Part shown: piece by piece, positions 35,352-46,700 of the stretch
Layout of the letters: every line of letters starts with the position of its first letter
Numbering within the stretch: position 1 is the stretch's first letter
Virus record (IMG/VR): IMGVR_UViG_3300037245_002365
DNA length: 64,000 nucleotides
Direction: 5' to 3' (one strand)
Source: a virus
Taxonomy: Duplodnaviria > Heunggongvirae > Uroviricota > Caudoviricetes
Notes under the pieces: model-generated
Seen by the model: the letters and a program-made list of their open reading frames with translations, nothing else
Told to the model about the DNA's origin: nothing
Databases searched by the model: none
Position numbers and translations under genes: made by a program

Positions 35352-35798
35352 ATGGAAGTACTTAACCCAAAGGTTATAGGTAAAATTTCTATAGGAGATT
35401 CTGTTAGAGTAAAATCTATATCTGGACATGTTTCTTGGACTAGAGTAGTTAAAGAATATAATCCTGAAAAATATCCGATCTGGCCATATAGGGCAGAAGG
35501 TTTTTTTGATGTTCGTGGTACAGAGCCTCCATTGAAGAGAAGACCAATAAGTCGTAAAGAACATAGAGCACGTATGGTTAAAAAATATGGTCCAGAGGTT
35601 AGATATAATTATTCAAAACTGCCAAAAAGGTCTGGAAAATACTGGCTAGGAATGACTGAGTCCGTGGCTCGTGAAAATCTTGGCCCTCCTAAACGTATAA
35701 ACAGAAGTGTAGGAAGTTGGGGCACTCATGAACAATGGGTGTATTCTAATAAAAATTTATATTTTAGAAACGGCATTTTGAGTTCATATCAAAACTAA
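35352..35798 (+). CDS. SmpA/BamE-like repeat protein; signal peptide lies in another frame (35260..)
   Basis: LGMTESVARENLGPP..INR.....EQWVY....LYF.NG.L..Y. Confidence 0.55.
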   Translation: MEVLNPKVIGKISIGDSVRVKSISGHVSWTRVVKEYNPEKYPIWPYRAEGFFDVRGTEPPLKRRPISRKEHRARMVKKYGPEVRYNYSKLPKRSGKYWLGMTESVARENLGPPKRINRSVGSWGTHEQWVYSNKNLYFRNGILSSYQN

Positions 35799-35801
35799 AC
35801 A

Positions 35802-36302
35802 ATGGCGAAAGCCGAAAGGAAAATACAAATGAAGAAAATACTAATTATATTATTTTTATTAATGGTTCCAATAACCTCCTATTGTCAATCAGCAGGTTGG
35901 CATATTTGGTACCCATCTAGTGCCTTTACATCAAAAGGAACACTTTCAATAAATAGTATTGTTAAAATATCGACCTGTTGTAATAACTATCCGTTATTAG
36001 GTCGCATAGAAAAAATTGACTATAGTCCAAATGTTATTGAAAGATACAAAGTTGTAATAGTCAACATCCCCAAACATAACACTAAGTGTAGTAGTTACAA
36101 AGGGGCTGTACGAACTACAGTAGGAGTAAAAAATAATACTAGTCGTCCATATGTTAAGAAATCTAATACCTCTTATAGCAAGAAATCTAATACCGGTTAT
36201 ACTAGAAGAACAAGTTCTATAAGGTGTTCAGGTACTACCAAAAAAGGTAATAGGTGTAAAAGAGTAACAAAAAATAGCAGCGGACGTTGTTACCAACATT
36301 AA
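35802..36302 (+). CDS. Exported basic protein with C-terminal CxGxTKKGxRC motif
   Basis: MKKILIILFLL leader (ATG 35829); CSGTTKKGNRCKR......CYQH. Confidence 0.6.
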   Translation: MAKAERKIQMKKILIILFLLMVPITSYCQSAGWHIWYPSSAFTSKGTLSINSIVKISTCCNNYPLLGRIEKIDYSPNVIERYKVVIVNIPKHNTKCSSYKGAVRTTVGVKNNTSRPYVKKSNTSYSKKSNTGYTRRTSSIRCSGTTKKGNRCKRVTKNSSGRCYQH

Positions 36303-36309
36303 AACTACA

Positions 36310-36339
36310 AAAGAGGATCACAAGTGACCCTCTTTTTTT
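36310..36339 (+). terminator. Intrinsic terminator
   Basis: aaaagaggatca/tgaccctctttt stem with T-run. Confidence 0.75.
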
Positions 36340-36399
36340 ACCTTAAGAATTGGTATAAGAATGATGTAACTAACAATAACATAAAGAGGTTAAAATATT

Positions 36400-36624
36400 A
36401 TGAATTACGTAGTATTAAAAGAAGAGTCCCAACAACAGGGCAATCACACGTCTTGCACATATTGTGGAGAAAAAACGGGAGAGGCCCACAGTGAGGGCTG
36501 CAATAAACCGTTCAACACCGCTTGTGACAAATTGTATGATATGACATTTGGGCGTATAGGGAGGGCGGTTGATTATATGAGCGATGTATTTGATGCAGCC
36601 CTAATCAAATTAATGGGTAGATGA
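36400..36624 (+). CDS. Hypothetical protein
   Basis: 74-aa ORF after TGGTATAAGAA (36351). Confidence 0.55.
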   Translation: MNYVVLKEESQQQGNHTSCTYCGEKTGEAHSEGCNKPFNTACDKLYDMTFGRIGRAVDYMSDVFDAALIKLMGR

Positions 36625-36833
36625 AACTACTAAGTAACCGATAATAATATAAAGAGGTTAAATATGCTGAATTTTATTACTTACTATGGAGTTCCATTTA
36701 TATGGGCTGTTGCCATATCCATTGGAATACCATCTGCCATTTACTGGTTGGTATCGCGTAAGCCCAAAAAGTATATTGGGCACAAGGGTTCTTACGCAAT
36801 CCCTACTTCACATTTTTATATAAGGTGAAAGTT

Positions 36834-36866
36834 AAAAAAGGGCTAATTACTTAGCCCTTTTTTTAC
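36834..36866. terminator. Bidirectional terminator at convergent gene junction
   Basis: aaaaaagggctaa/ttagcccttttttt. Confidence 0.8.
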
Positions 36867-36896
36867 GTTAAGAATTGAATTCGACAAGTCGAATTT

Positions 36897-37283
36897 TTAA
36901 AATGCTCTTTTAGGACTAGTACCGCTAAACTCCCTAGGTAAAATGTTAGTTTTACTCAAATTAGGCAGGGTAAGGGTACCCCCAGATTTGTTTGCTAAGT
37001 TTACAATAACTGGCTCTGGTGCTGAAATCTTCGTTTCAGATACCTCATTCCTTATGAGGTATTTTCCGTAGCAATCTTCTGGAACTAACACAGTGCCACT
37101 TGGAATACTTGTAAAGTATTTCACGGGTGTAGACCCTTTTAGAATATCATGAGTATTTGAGTCTACCATGTGGCAGATAGCCTTTGAATCTATTTGCTTA
37201 ATCTTACCAGACATGGCATCCTCATTAATCTCAAACTTGTTGCTAACGACTATATAGTCGTTCGTGTCCATAAAATAAAACAT
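36897..37283 (-). CDS. Hypothetical protein
   Basis: 128-aa ORF coupled to phoH. Confidence 0.55.
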   Translation of the reverse strand: MFYFMDTNDYIVVSNKFEINEDAMSGKIKQIDSKAICHMVDSNTHDILKGSTPVKYFTSIPSGTVLVPEDCYGKYLIRNEVSETKISAPEPVIVNLANKSGGTLTLPNLSKTNILPREFSGTSPKRAF

Positions 37284-38038
37284 TATAATATCTCAGCCAC
37301 CGGCTTCTCATATCTCTCAAGTATCTTTGAAATCAAGCCATGACGAACAATATCTTCACGCATGAATTCTGTGAAGCCTACCTCTTCAAGATCGGAAAGT
37401 CTGGCGATGGCATCTTCTAAACCGCTCATACCTTTTCTATCCGTTTGCATAAGATCACCAAGAATTATCATTTTGGAATTATCTCCAATTCTTGTTAAAA
37501 AAGATTTCATACTGGAGGTTGTTGAGTTTTGTGCTTCATCATAAATAACAATTTTGTTTTCTAGAGTCATGCCTCGTAGGAAGGCTGTAGGAAGAACCTC
37601 TATAACACCAGCGTTCTTCAAGACTTCTAATTTATCTCTACCCATTATCTTTTCTATAATTTGAAAGTACGCGGCCATGTAAGGGTCTGTCTTCTCTGCT
37701 ATGCTTCCTGGGAGGAAACCAATTGGTTCGTGATCAATAGTTATGAGGGGACGACAGAGGATAATTCCATCGATGTGGTTATTTTTTTCAGCTAGTTGTT
37801 CTAAAGCGTAATGAATTGATAAGTGAGTTTTTCCAGTACCTGCAGGGCCAATAGCGAAGGTAATGTCGTGATCTATCATTTCATTATAAAAATCTTCTTG
37901 ATGGTCTGTCTTGAATTCAAGATCCCAGTCCATACGCTTTAGCTGGCTTAATGCTTGTCGTTTGTTTGTTATCTCCTGCTGTCCTTTTTGTTTGTTATTT
38001 TTTTTATCATTTTTGGTGCTGTCTTTTTTTGAAGGCAT
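37283..38038 (-). CDS. phoH: PhoH-like ATPase
   Basis: GPAGTGKT, GFLPGS, AFLRGMTL, DEAQN, LTRIG.NSKMII.GD..Q.D. Confidence 0.92.
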   Translation of the reverse strand: MPSKKDSTKNDKKNNKQKGQQEITNKRQALSQLKRMDWDLEFKTDHQEDFYNEMIDHDITFAIGPAGTGKTHLSIHYALEQLAEKNNHIDGIILCRPLITIDHEPIGFLPGSIAEKTDPYMAAYFQIIEKIMGRDKLEVLKNAGVIEVLPTAFLRGMTLENKIVIYDEAQNSTTSSMKSFLTRIGDNSKMIILGDLMQTDRKGMSGLEDAIARLSDLEEVGFTEFMREDIVRHGLISKILERYEKPVAEIL

Positions 38039-38053
38039 ATTAAAGTCCTCTTA

Positions 38054-38701
38054 TTAAATATTATAGAATTCATTTGGCATCTTGTTATTCTTTCTTAAGT
38101 TCTCTGTTGCAGAAATAACTCTTAGATTACTTTCAATATGTAGTCCTCCCTTTGATAATGGTTGTACGTGGTCGACATGCATGGGTATTCCGAGGCATTT
38201 TGATACTCGGTGTGCACTCTTGTAAAATTCTTGGATGACTTTTAAGTCGGCATCTGGTGGGGTTGCGTTTAGTTTCATAGCGTGACGTCTGGCATTACGA
38301 GCCGCATATCTTGCAGAATGTTTTTTGTAATAAGCACTCATTTTTTCTTTATTTTCTGACCACCATTCTTTACGTTGTGCAGCTATTTGTTTTGCATTTT
38401 TTGCATTATATATTTTTCTTTGGGCAGCTATCTTTTCTTTATTTTCTATTTTGTATTTTTTTCTTCTTATTCTTACTTTCTCTTTGTTTTCTTTACGGTA
38501 AAGCTTTCCTCTAGCAGCTATTTTCTCTTTGTTTTCTGCCCCATATATTTTGCTATAAGCAGCTATTTTTTCTTTATTTTCTGCCCTATATATTTTATTA
38601 CAAACTTTACATTCTGCTAGTCGCCCGTGCTTCCCCCTTTTATGCGCATAGAACTCTTCGAGCACCTTTTCAACTTTACATTTAGTACAAACTTTATTCA
38701 C
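38054..38701 (-). CDS. HNH endonuclease with internal ENKEKIAA repeats
   Basis: CTKC...CKVC; MHVDHVQPLSKGGLH...NLRV....ENLRKNN. Confidence 0.88.
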   Translation of the reverse strand: MNKVCTKCKVEKVLEEFYAHKRGKHGRLAECKVCNKIYRAENKEKIAAYSKIYGAENKEKIAARGKLYRKENKEKVRIRRKKYKIENKEKIAAQRKIYNAKNAKQIAAQRKEWWSENKEKMSAYYKKHSARYAARNARRHAMKLNATPPDADLKVIQEFYKSAHRVSKCLGIPMHVDHVQPLSKGGLHIESNLRVISATENLRKNNKMPNEFYNI

Positions 38702-40068
38702 TACTCGCTTCCTACCTCCTTAAGCGCTGTTAAAAATTGTTGAGTTAATCGGTGTTTCCTTTCGCTTAATTGCGTCATGTATTCATCGGTTGAGCCATGT
38801 TGCTTTTTCAAAAATCTAGTTGGACGTGTTTTAGATATAAAAGTCTGAATCCTAACTTTCCGTTGTTCCTTTGGTAGACCAGCATGAGATTTGTATCGAA
38901 TTCCGCGAGCTTTAATTTGTTCTATGGCCGGTTTGTGCCACGCTGGTTCGGTGATTTGGATCAGTTTCGTTTTTTTCAAATCTAAACCTTCCGCTCCTGC
39001 ACCACTGACCAGAAGGTGCTTTATTGCTCCGGTGTTATATTTTTTAACAACATCGGCTTTTTCTACACTAGTCATCTCTCCAGTGAATCTCGAATGAGAA
39101 ATTCCAGCCTTAGTAAGCCTTTTTGATAGAGGGTTAATACCTGATCCGAGGTACGTAGAATAAGTAAATCCCCTATAATTTTTATCTTTCTTCATATGTT
39201 CTTGTATTTCTGATACAATTCTATTCAGTTTTGGTGCATCTTTTGGTTTTGCCTTTAGATTAAACCCTTTTGGAGTATTCGAGATTTGTCTTGCAGCCGA
39301 CAGAAAAGCATTCATATTTTTTGACTCTTTCCTTGATGGAGGTAAACCCTGCCGTATCTTATACCTAATGCTGGGTCTGCCCTTAAGGAATGTGTCGTAC
39401 GTTTTTTGTTGTAAGGCTGACATTTCAACTGAAATATTTTCCTTTGTAATCGTTGGGTAATCTGAAGCATATTTTGGCATGTGGTAGTCAATCTTACCTC
39501 GAAATTTGGCTTTAAGAATATCTAAGTTCTTGGCGTGCCTCGTTTCTCCGGGCTTAATCCCTCTAAGCCTACCAAGCAATCCTGGCTTATGCTTTCTAAT
39601 CTCAATATATTTCTCCTGAAAAGCTTTTACATCTCTTGGTGTTTTAATACCCAATCCGCGCATTATCGGAATTAACTCCGACGGTCTATTACGTATTGGA
39701 GTACCTGTTAATAGTAGTTTTTTCTTGGCTCTATAAACTTCAGGATACACAGATCTTTTTGAAGTTAACTGGCCGGTGCGATGTACCTCGTCAAATACTA
39801 ACAGCTCGTGCTGTATTTTTTCAGGCGGTTTAGCATAGCTAAACGACTCAATGTCAACTTTGACTTTGTGTTTTTTTCTCTCTTGTGCAAAGGTCTTCTT
39901 CAAAGAAGCAGGTCCAATAGTAGTCAACTTCATTCCTAAGTCCTCAGCAGCAGCAAGCGCAGACAAGGTTTTGCCTGACCCCATTCCATGATATACAAGG
40001 AGAGCGTCCGTCTTCTTTAATTTTTCTGCAACACGCTTTTGGTGTTCTAATCTTTTGTCCTCAGCCAT
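38701..40068 (-). CDS. SF2 (SNF2-like) helicase
   Basis: HGMGSGKT, FDEVH, LTGTP, SGAGAEGLDLK, EQ..ARGIR..SH. Confidence 0.88.
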   Translation of the reverse strand: MAEDKRLEHQKRVAEKLKKTDALLVYHGMGSGKTLSALAAAEDLGMKLTTIGPASLKKTFAQERKKHKVKVDIESFSYAKPPEKIQHELLVFDEVHRTGQLTSKRSVYPEVYRAKKKLLLTGTPIRNRPSELIPIMRGLGIKTPRDVKAFQEKYIEIRKHKPGLLGRLRGIKPGETRHAKNLDILKAKFRGKIDYHMPKYASDYPTITKENISVEMSALQQKTYDTFLKGRPSIRYKIRQGLPPSRKESKNMNAFLSAARQISNTPKGFNLKAKPKDAPKLNRIVSEIQEHMKKDKNYRGFTYSTYLGSGINPLSKRLTKAGISHSRFTGEMTSVEKADVVKKYNTGAIKHLLVSGAGAEGLDLKKTKLIQITEPAWHKPAIEQIKARGIRYKSHAGLPKEQRKVRIQTFISKTRPTRFLKKQHGSTDEYMTQLSERKHRLTQQFLTALKEVGSE

Positions 40069-40361
40069 TACTTTATCCTTTTATCCTGTCTGTGTTTCCA
40101 TAAAACCCATAAACCACCAAATGTTATAATCACATTTAGCATTCCGTATAATTCAGCATATAGAGCCTTCAAAAAAATAGTTGTACTATTGATGCTTTGT
40201 AAAGCTTGGTCTTGCACACTATCAATAAGTCCCGGATTCCAAACACGTAACCCTATAAATATGCCAATTATTAATGCATAACGAATTTCATGTTTACGTT
40301 TCTTTGTCCACTTTACAAATTTTTGCCATGATGTAAGCGGCTTTCTTTTTTTACGTACCAT
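40068..40361 (-). CDS. Small 2-TM membrane protein
   Basis: Basic N-terminus, two hydrophobic helices. Confidence 0.55.
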   Translation of the reverse strand: MVRKKRKPLTSWQKFVKWTKKRKHEIRYALIIGIFIGLRVWNPGLIDSVQDQALQSINSTTIFLKALYAELYGMLNVIITFGGLWVLWKHRQDKRIK

Positions 40362-40365
40362 TAAT

Positions 40366-40770
40366 CTATACCTTACTTTTTGCTTTTAAGTACTGATAAA
40401 TTTGCTCATCAAATATTAATGGTTTTTTGGAACGGGGCACCGTTGCAGGCACAAATCTAGGATTTTTAATTCCCACTGCCTTTTGTTTTTTAGCGGCATA
40501 GCCTAATGCTTCTCGCTCTACAGTACGCCCCTTCTCTACTATTTGTTTTGCTTTGCTTCGTTCTGAAGCTGCTCTTACTCTAGTAGATTTAGCGATAGAA
40601 CCTAAGGACGTCTCTTTTGGAACTGCTGTAAACTTGCTTTTAAATCCTTTCTGAATGTAATCAAAATATTCACCAGCAGCATAGTCTCCTCTATGTACTT
40701 TACTTGGTGATGTACCATAAATTCTCTTAACTAACTCTTTTCCAATTCTTCTTAGTGCTGTCTTATCCAT
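40366..40770 (-). CDS. Hypothetical basic protein
   Basis: 134-aa ORF coupled to RNAP gene. Confidence 0.55.
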   Translation of the reverse strand: MDKTALRRIGKELVKRIYGTSPSKVHRGDYAAGEYFDYIQKGFKSKFTAVPKETSLGSIAKSTRVRAASERSKAKQIVEKGRTVEREALGYAAKKQKAVGIKNPRFVPATVPRSKKPLIFDEQIYQYLKAKSKV

Positions 40771-43700
40771 TAATAAAATGCTCCTTCGTCCTCATCAATT
40801 GCTTTACCAAAGTTATCTCCATATAGGTATGCTGGAATCGGATCTTTTCCTTTTAAGTTTGCGTACTGCCCTCTGGCTGCGCCAGTTGTTAGGGCCATTT
40901 TTAATCTGTTAGAAGTGATTCTAGTGAACCAGTCTTCTGAATCAGTGTTCAATGTTTCAATAGATTTGAAGTATGGATTATACTTTATAAGTTCCAAACC
41001 TTCTTTCTTTCTATCTTTGTTTATGTCGTCAATATAACTAATAGTTGTTTTATCGCCACGTAAGAATTTGCTGCCCCTTGGTGCGCTGGTGATTTGTGCA
41101 TTGTCACTCAATCCACGTATAACCGTTTCAAACGTCTTCCTATAGAATTTATTCTGGAATATAGCTGAGGCTTCATCAACTAGATAGTTTTGTGCATCTA
41201 AGTGACTCTTCAGTGCGCTTAATTCCTGAGGTTTAATAACACCATCAGATAAAGGATCACCGGGACTAACCTTATCACCAATAGAAACAATAGGTTTTCT
41301 ACCTGCTGGTATGACAAAGTCTTTGTCATTCTTTGTGCCATAACCTTCTATCCTTAGAGTGAACCCGCCCGTTAAGTTCTTATTGATTTTTTTGACAATT
41401 CCTTTCACTGTAGATAAGGTTGCCTTACCACTTAATTTCTCAGGTACTTTCAGAATCTGAGTAAGTCTTGGGAAACCTGCAGTAATTCCACCACCGCCAC
41501 CTAATGTAGTTCCTCCAGTATGGAATGTCTGCATCTGTAGCTGAGTACTTCTTTCAGTTAGGGCCTGTCCTTCAAGTATTCCAACATTAGTTCCTACAGG
41601 AGCCATCTCTCCGTTTGGAAGTAATCCATAACATAGTTGACATACACCATTTGGTGCTGTACAAGTAAGAGGGCTTCTAACTTCTATTACATCTACTTTT
41701 ACTTTTTTAAGTTTAAGTAATGCTTGAGTATCAATAAGATCATTTCTTTTGATAACGCCTGGAATAGTTTCTAATGCGAATCTATCCATTACGTTTTTAT
41801 CATTAACTGGGAATTCAATGCCTTTGCGTGTTCCACAATCATTCTCTGTAATAATCAATCTACGTGTAACCGTTAGCAGCGATTTATTTAATGCACCAGT
41901 ATCCTGTGTATTAACTGATCTATCCACAGTACCGCTTCGTACACCATAAAGTGTAGTAAAGTAACCTGGAGTATCAAGACCTTCTGCATATGACTTGGTA
42001 ACAGGAATATCAATTGAATCACCATGGACGTCTTTCAAAACTCCAGGCATCGAAAGAACCTGTCTGATTGAATCCGCCTTGGTGAAAGATTTAGCTTTAA
42101 GCATTTTATACATATTGTTTGTTCCGCTTTGTGCCTTATCTTGTGCTCTTTGAACCTCTTTGGTTAATTCATTTAAAGCATCTATTTTTGCTTTACCTTT
42201 TAATTTGTTTATTTCTGGCAACTTGCTTTTAAGAAGATCATATTTATATGATCTATCGATTGCAAGATCTCTTAATGAGAATGTGTTACCAGACATAGAG
42301 GCATATGTAGAACCTAAATCCTTCCAAGAGTTAATAACCTCAGAGAAATAATTTTGGTACTTCATACCAATTTCAGTAAGTAAGTCTTTAACAACTTTTC
42401 CATCTAACATTCTTTTGTAATCACGAAGCTCCTTCGGGAGCTTGGCATTAATCATATACTGTCCAATAGTCATAGGCTTGTCTCCAAGCATAAATTGATG
42501 CGTCCATGGCATTTTTGCCTTTCTAGCCGCCTCAATAGTAGAAAATCTCTTATCAGTTTTCTTGTCAATTAAACTAAGTTTATGTAAACCATATAAGTAC
42601 TCTTGACTAATTTGTGGCATTAAAGCGTTATCGCCGTGCTTAAATAATATCTTATCCGGCATCATTTGCTTTGCTTCTTCAACGGCTGCATAACCAATTG
42701 GTGCCATGATTGACATCGTGTCACCGTCAAGGTCAGCGTTGAACCCGTTGAATACTACTGGGTTTAAACGAATAGATTTACCACTAACTAAAACAGGATT
42801 AAATGCCTGTATAGAGTGCTTATGTAATGAGGGCGCTCTGTTCAGAATTACCGGTCTGGACTTCATAACATTCGCCAACGAGTTCATAGCCATAGGCGAT
42901 TCGTCTTTATATTCTCTAAGCGCATTACTTGCTTTTAAACCACTTTCCTTCAAATCTTTGATAACAAACGGCTTCATCATTTTGTATGCCATGTCTTTAG
43001 GAATACCAACTTGATTGATACCTAATGATGGCTCTACAGTAATTGTGCTACGAGCACTAATATCTTGTCTTTTTGCCCACGCTGCGTTTTGAATCAGCGC
43101 TCGTTTACCAGAAATCTCTTGTAAAATACCTTTGTATTTTTCACCAGAGTAATTTACTGGGTCAGTAAATCCTTGTAATGCCCTAACGCTATTATATAAT
43201 GCGTTTGTTGCTTCTATCTGTTCCTTTTCTGTAAGAGATTTTTTAGCTTTCTTCAAAGAAATATTGATAGCACCAACATCTCTATAGTGCTTATTGATGT
43301 CACTAACCATTAAGTCACCAGTTTGCAATGGATAAATAGGTCTGAATACTGGTGGCAACACAGGAAGATTCTTCATAGTATAAGCTTCTTCCGGTTTAAG
43401 GCCCAGTTCAGTCAGCGTTTCTAAGTATCTAATACGCCTGTTTAACTTATTAACATTGGTAGGTGGAGCAGTTCTTAACTCCTCTTTTAATTCTTTAGTG
43501 TCTTTTTTAACATTAAGTTTTTTAAGTGCTGACAAAATAGCTTCAGAACCTGTGACTCCATCTATACTATAATTACCAGCCAAAGTATCCATATATGATT
43601 TCTCTGTTAGATTTAACACTTTCATGATGGCATCAGCGTACATCGGATTAGGAATACGGTTAGTTAATTTAATGTGTGACCAATGTGTACCACGAGTACC

Positions 43701-46700
43701 ACCAGTAACTGTCACATCAAACAGACCATTCTTTCTTGCTCCAAGGTTCTTACCAACTAACAATGCTGCTGGATCAGTAATTTCACCGTTAGACATATCT
43801 AAAGTTTCTTTATCAGTTAAAGGCATAATTCTTAATCTGTTACCTTCTTTCTTGACATTAACACCAGCACCTTTTAAGTAACCAAGCAATTTATCAAAAA
43901 CAAAGTTTTTATTAGTTGGTACAGGAGGTAAACCTAATTGTAAGTTTCTCCAGTATTCCTCATTCTCACGACCCTTAACATTTGTAATCTCATTAAGATT
44001 TGCCTTGGCTCCATGAGCTAGATACGAATACGTATCTAACACTCCAACTTTTTGTGCACCCTTACCTACTGGTAGATCGTCAATATCATAACTACCATAG
44101 CTGTGGACACCTTGTTTTTTCTTAATGATGTGACGTAATTTAATAAAATATTGATCACCAGTGAATATCTTTTCAGGGAACTCTTCACCATTCTTACCAT
44201 TTCTTAATACTTCGTCTGGTTCAAGACCTAACTTTTGCATCTTATCTAATATTTCTTTAGACATATCTTTATCAGGATCTTCAAAGTTATCTGTGATAAA
44301 AGTTTTACCTGTTTTTTTAGCTATTTTACTAGCAGCGGTTTCAAGTATCTGTCCAAGATTCATACGTGATGGAACACCATGAGGGTTAAGAATAATCTCT
44401 ACTGGTGTGCCGTCCTTTCTATGAGGAGCCTCTGAATCAGGAATAATTTTAGTAACGATAGATTTGTTTCCATATCTCGCACTAACTTTATCTCCTTCTT
44501 TGAATGGGTGTACAGATTTTATATAAATATCTATGTTTCTCCCAACTACCTGTACGTCCGTGACGATGCCGGGTTCGTCTTCATCCCATTCTGAAATCTT
44601 TTTATTATACTGACTAAACGTATGTTTATCCAGTTTCTTTAATGCACGATCTGTGTCGTCCATTTCCTTCTCAACTAAATACGCCGCAAGTATTTCTCCC
44701 GGAAGGAATTTTTGTCCAACTTTTGGAAGACCTTTTTCATCCAACTTGTTCAAATTGCTTGGACTAATATCATTAGGATACCAAGCGATAAATCTACTTT
44801 TATCCATAACACTAATTTTTGGACTAAAGAAGATATTAACTTTATGCATTGTCTGGTGAGACAGTTTCTTTGCTGCGCTCTCTGTAATAACGGCACCATC
44901 TTCATAGTTATAACCTTTCCATGGCATGTAAGCTACGGTTAAGTTTTTTCCCAAAGACAGGGTGCTGTCTTTGGTATAGTTATTGTCTGCAAGTTGTGTA
45001 TCTGTAGTAACTTTATCTCCCTCTTTTACTAGAGGAATTGAGTTAAGAAATCCATCTTGGTTCAGAGGAAAGTTTCTGTATAGACCCCTTTTAATCTCTT
45101 TGCCGTCAGGAGTCTTCATATATACGTAATCACTAGTTACTTTTGTAACTACTGCTTCTTTAATTTTTTTGCCATCGTCACCAATACCTAAAACTGGATT
45201 TAGATAACTACCGATGAACTTCTCATAAGTACCTTTGTCACTTCTTCTAGTTTGTACAAGCGGCTCTTCTCTGTCTACCAAAGACATAGCCTGTGTAATC
45301 ATTCGTGCGCCGGTTGATGCACGGTTACCCTGTGTGTTCTGTAAGAATGGAACAAGGTTAGTAGAGAATGAAAACATACTTTTTGGTGATCTAATATAAT
45401 AGTCTATTTTAGATGCATCTACTTTAACTAGTTTGCCCTTCTTCATGGCACTTACTTTATCTTTTTTTGCCTTAGGTTTACCATCAACCAGATCGTACTG
45501 ATCTGGATAACCAACGATAGCTTCAAAAAACTCAATAGGTTTAATATATGATTTCTCGCCTGTTTTAGATACCACAGGAGTAGCCATATCATTATCAAGT
45601 TTAATAACTTCAGAACCCAATCCTACGGTAACTCCAACTTTTCCTGACTCAGGAGTTGAAGTAGGATCTAAAAATCCTAAATGTGATGGCTGCACGTCTC
45701 TTGTCTCCATTGTGATGGAGTGCCTACTTTGGATACCGCCTGTACCCATTGGAGTAGTTCTACGCCAAGCCTCAACAATAGTAACTGGGTTAGTTTGTGG
45801 AGGAGTAGCTGAAAGATCGCCAGAGGTGAAAAACGTTTTAATAGGTTTACCAAATGTACTAGAGCCTAATATATCACCAACATTATTTTTTAGTTGCATT
45901 GTGCGGGCAAGTTTTCTCTCTATACCAATTTTTTGCTTATCTAAATGCGATACTAATAGATCATCAATAGCGTAAAGTCTCTTGAAAATAAGACTGTCAC
46001 GTTCATCGGGAACGTCGTTACCTTTATTGATCGCTAATAGTTTTTTGGAGGTTGACAAAAGAGCAGCCCCAGTAACACTTTCGAAACTTTCTCCCAATGT
46101 CATTTTTGTAGTATCTGGATCTACTTTAGTGTATTCAGTAAAATACTTTCTAAGACCTTCTTGAGCAGCGTCAAAATCTGCTGGCTCTTTATTGTAAACT
46201 TTTTTATAGATAGAGGTGATTTCAGAGACTTCTGTATTTAACGCACCCTTCTTGTTAACCTCTAATAGTCGGTGTCCCCATTCTTTCGCAATTTCGGAAT
46301 CTAAAACGCCCAATAGGTTTAATAGTGTCCATAAACGATATTTACGATTGTCCATAATCAGAACGAATAGCTGCGTTTCTGGATCAAGCATCATCTTAAA
46401 GTTGTAACCTTTTTCAAGGTTAAACTCACTTTCTAATTCACCATTTTTCTTAACCCTTGAATATATTCCAGATTTTCTACGTAATTGGTTTATAGTCTGG
46501 TACTCATTACCATCAATAATTGTAGTAAATCTATTTGTTATAGCAGGAATATTACCAAGTTTAGTTTTAGCTTTTTTACTTAAAACTTTTCCGGTTTCTG
46601 TGTCCGTAATAACCACATCACCATATATAGGATTCTGCCAAGACTTGCGTTGCATTTTAAATTTACGCTGTTTTGGGAAATCCCAGTCATCTAGGTTATC

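Larger units (their letters stand above)
34123..35813 (+). repeat. Four intergenic GGCGAAAGCC-type hairpin motifs (34123, 34506, 35237, 35804)
   Basis: Consensus aaca(a/c)(t/a)GGCGAAAGCCnAAAGGAAA immediately upstream of start codons. Confidence 0.75.

Noticed and set aside
38300-38600. Nucleotide repeats in the HNH gene at 38054..38701
   Set aside because: Explained by coding repeats (ENKEKIAA), common in this HNH type.
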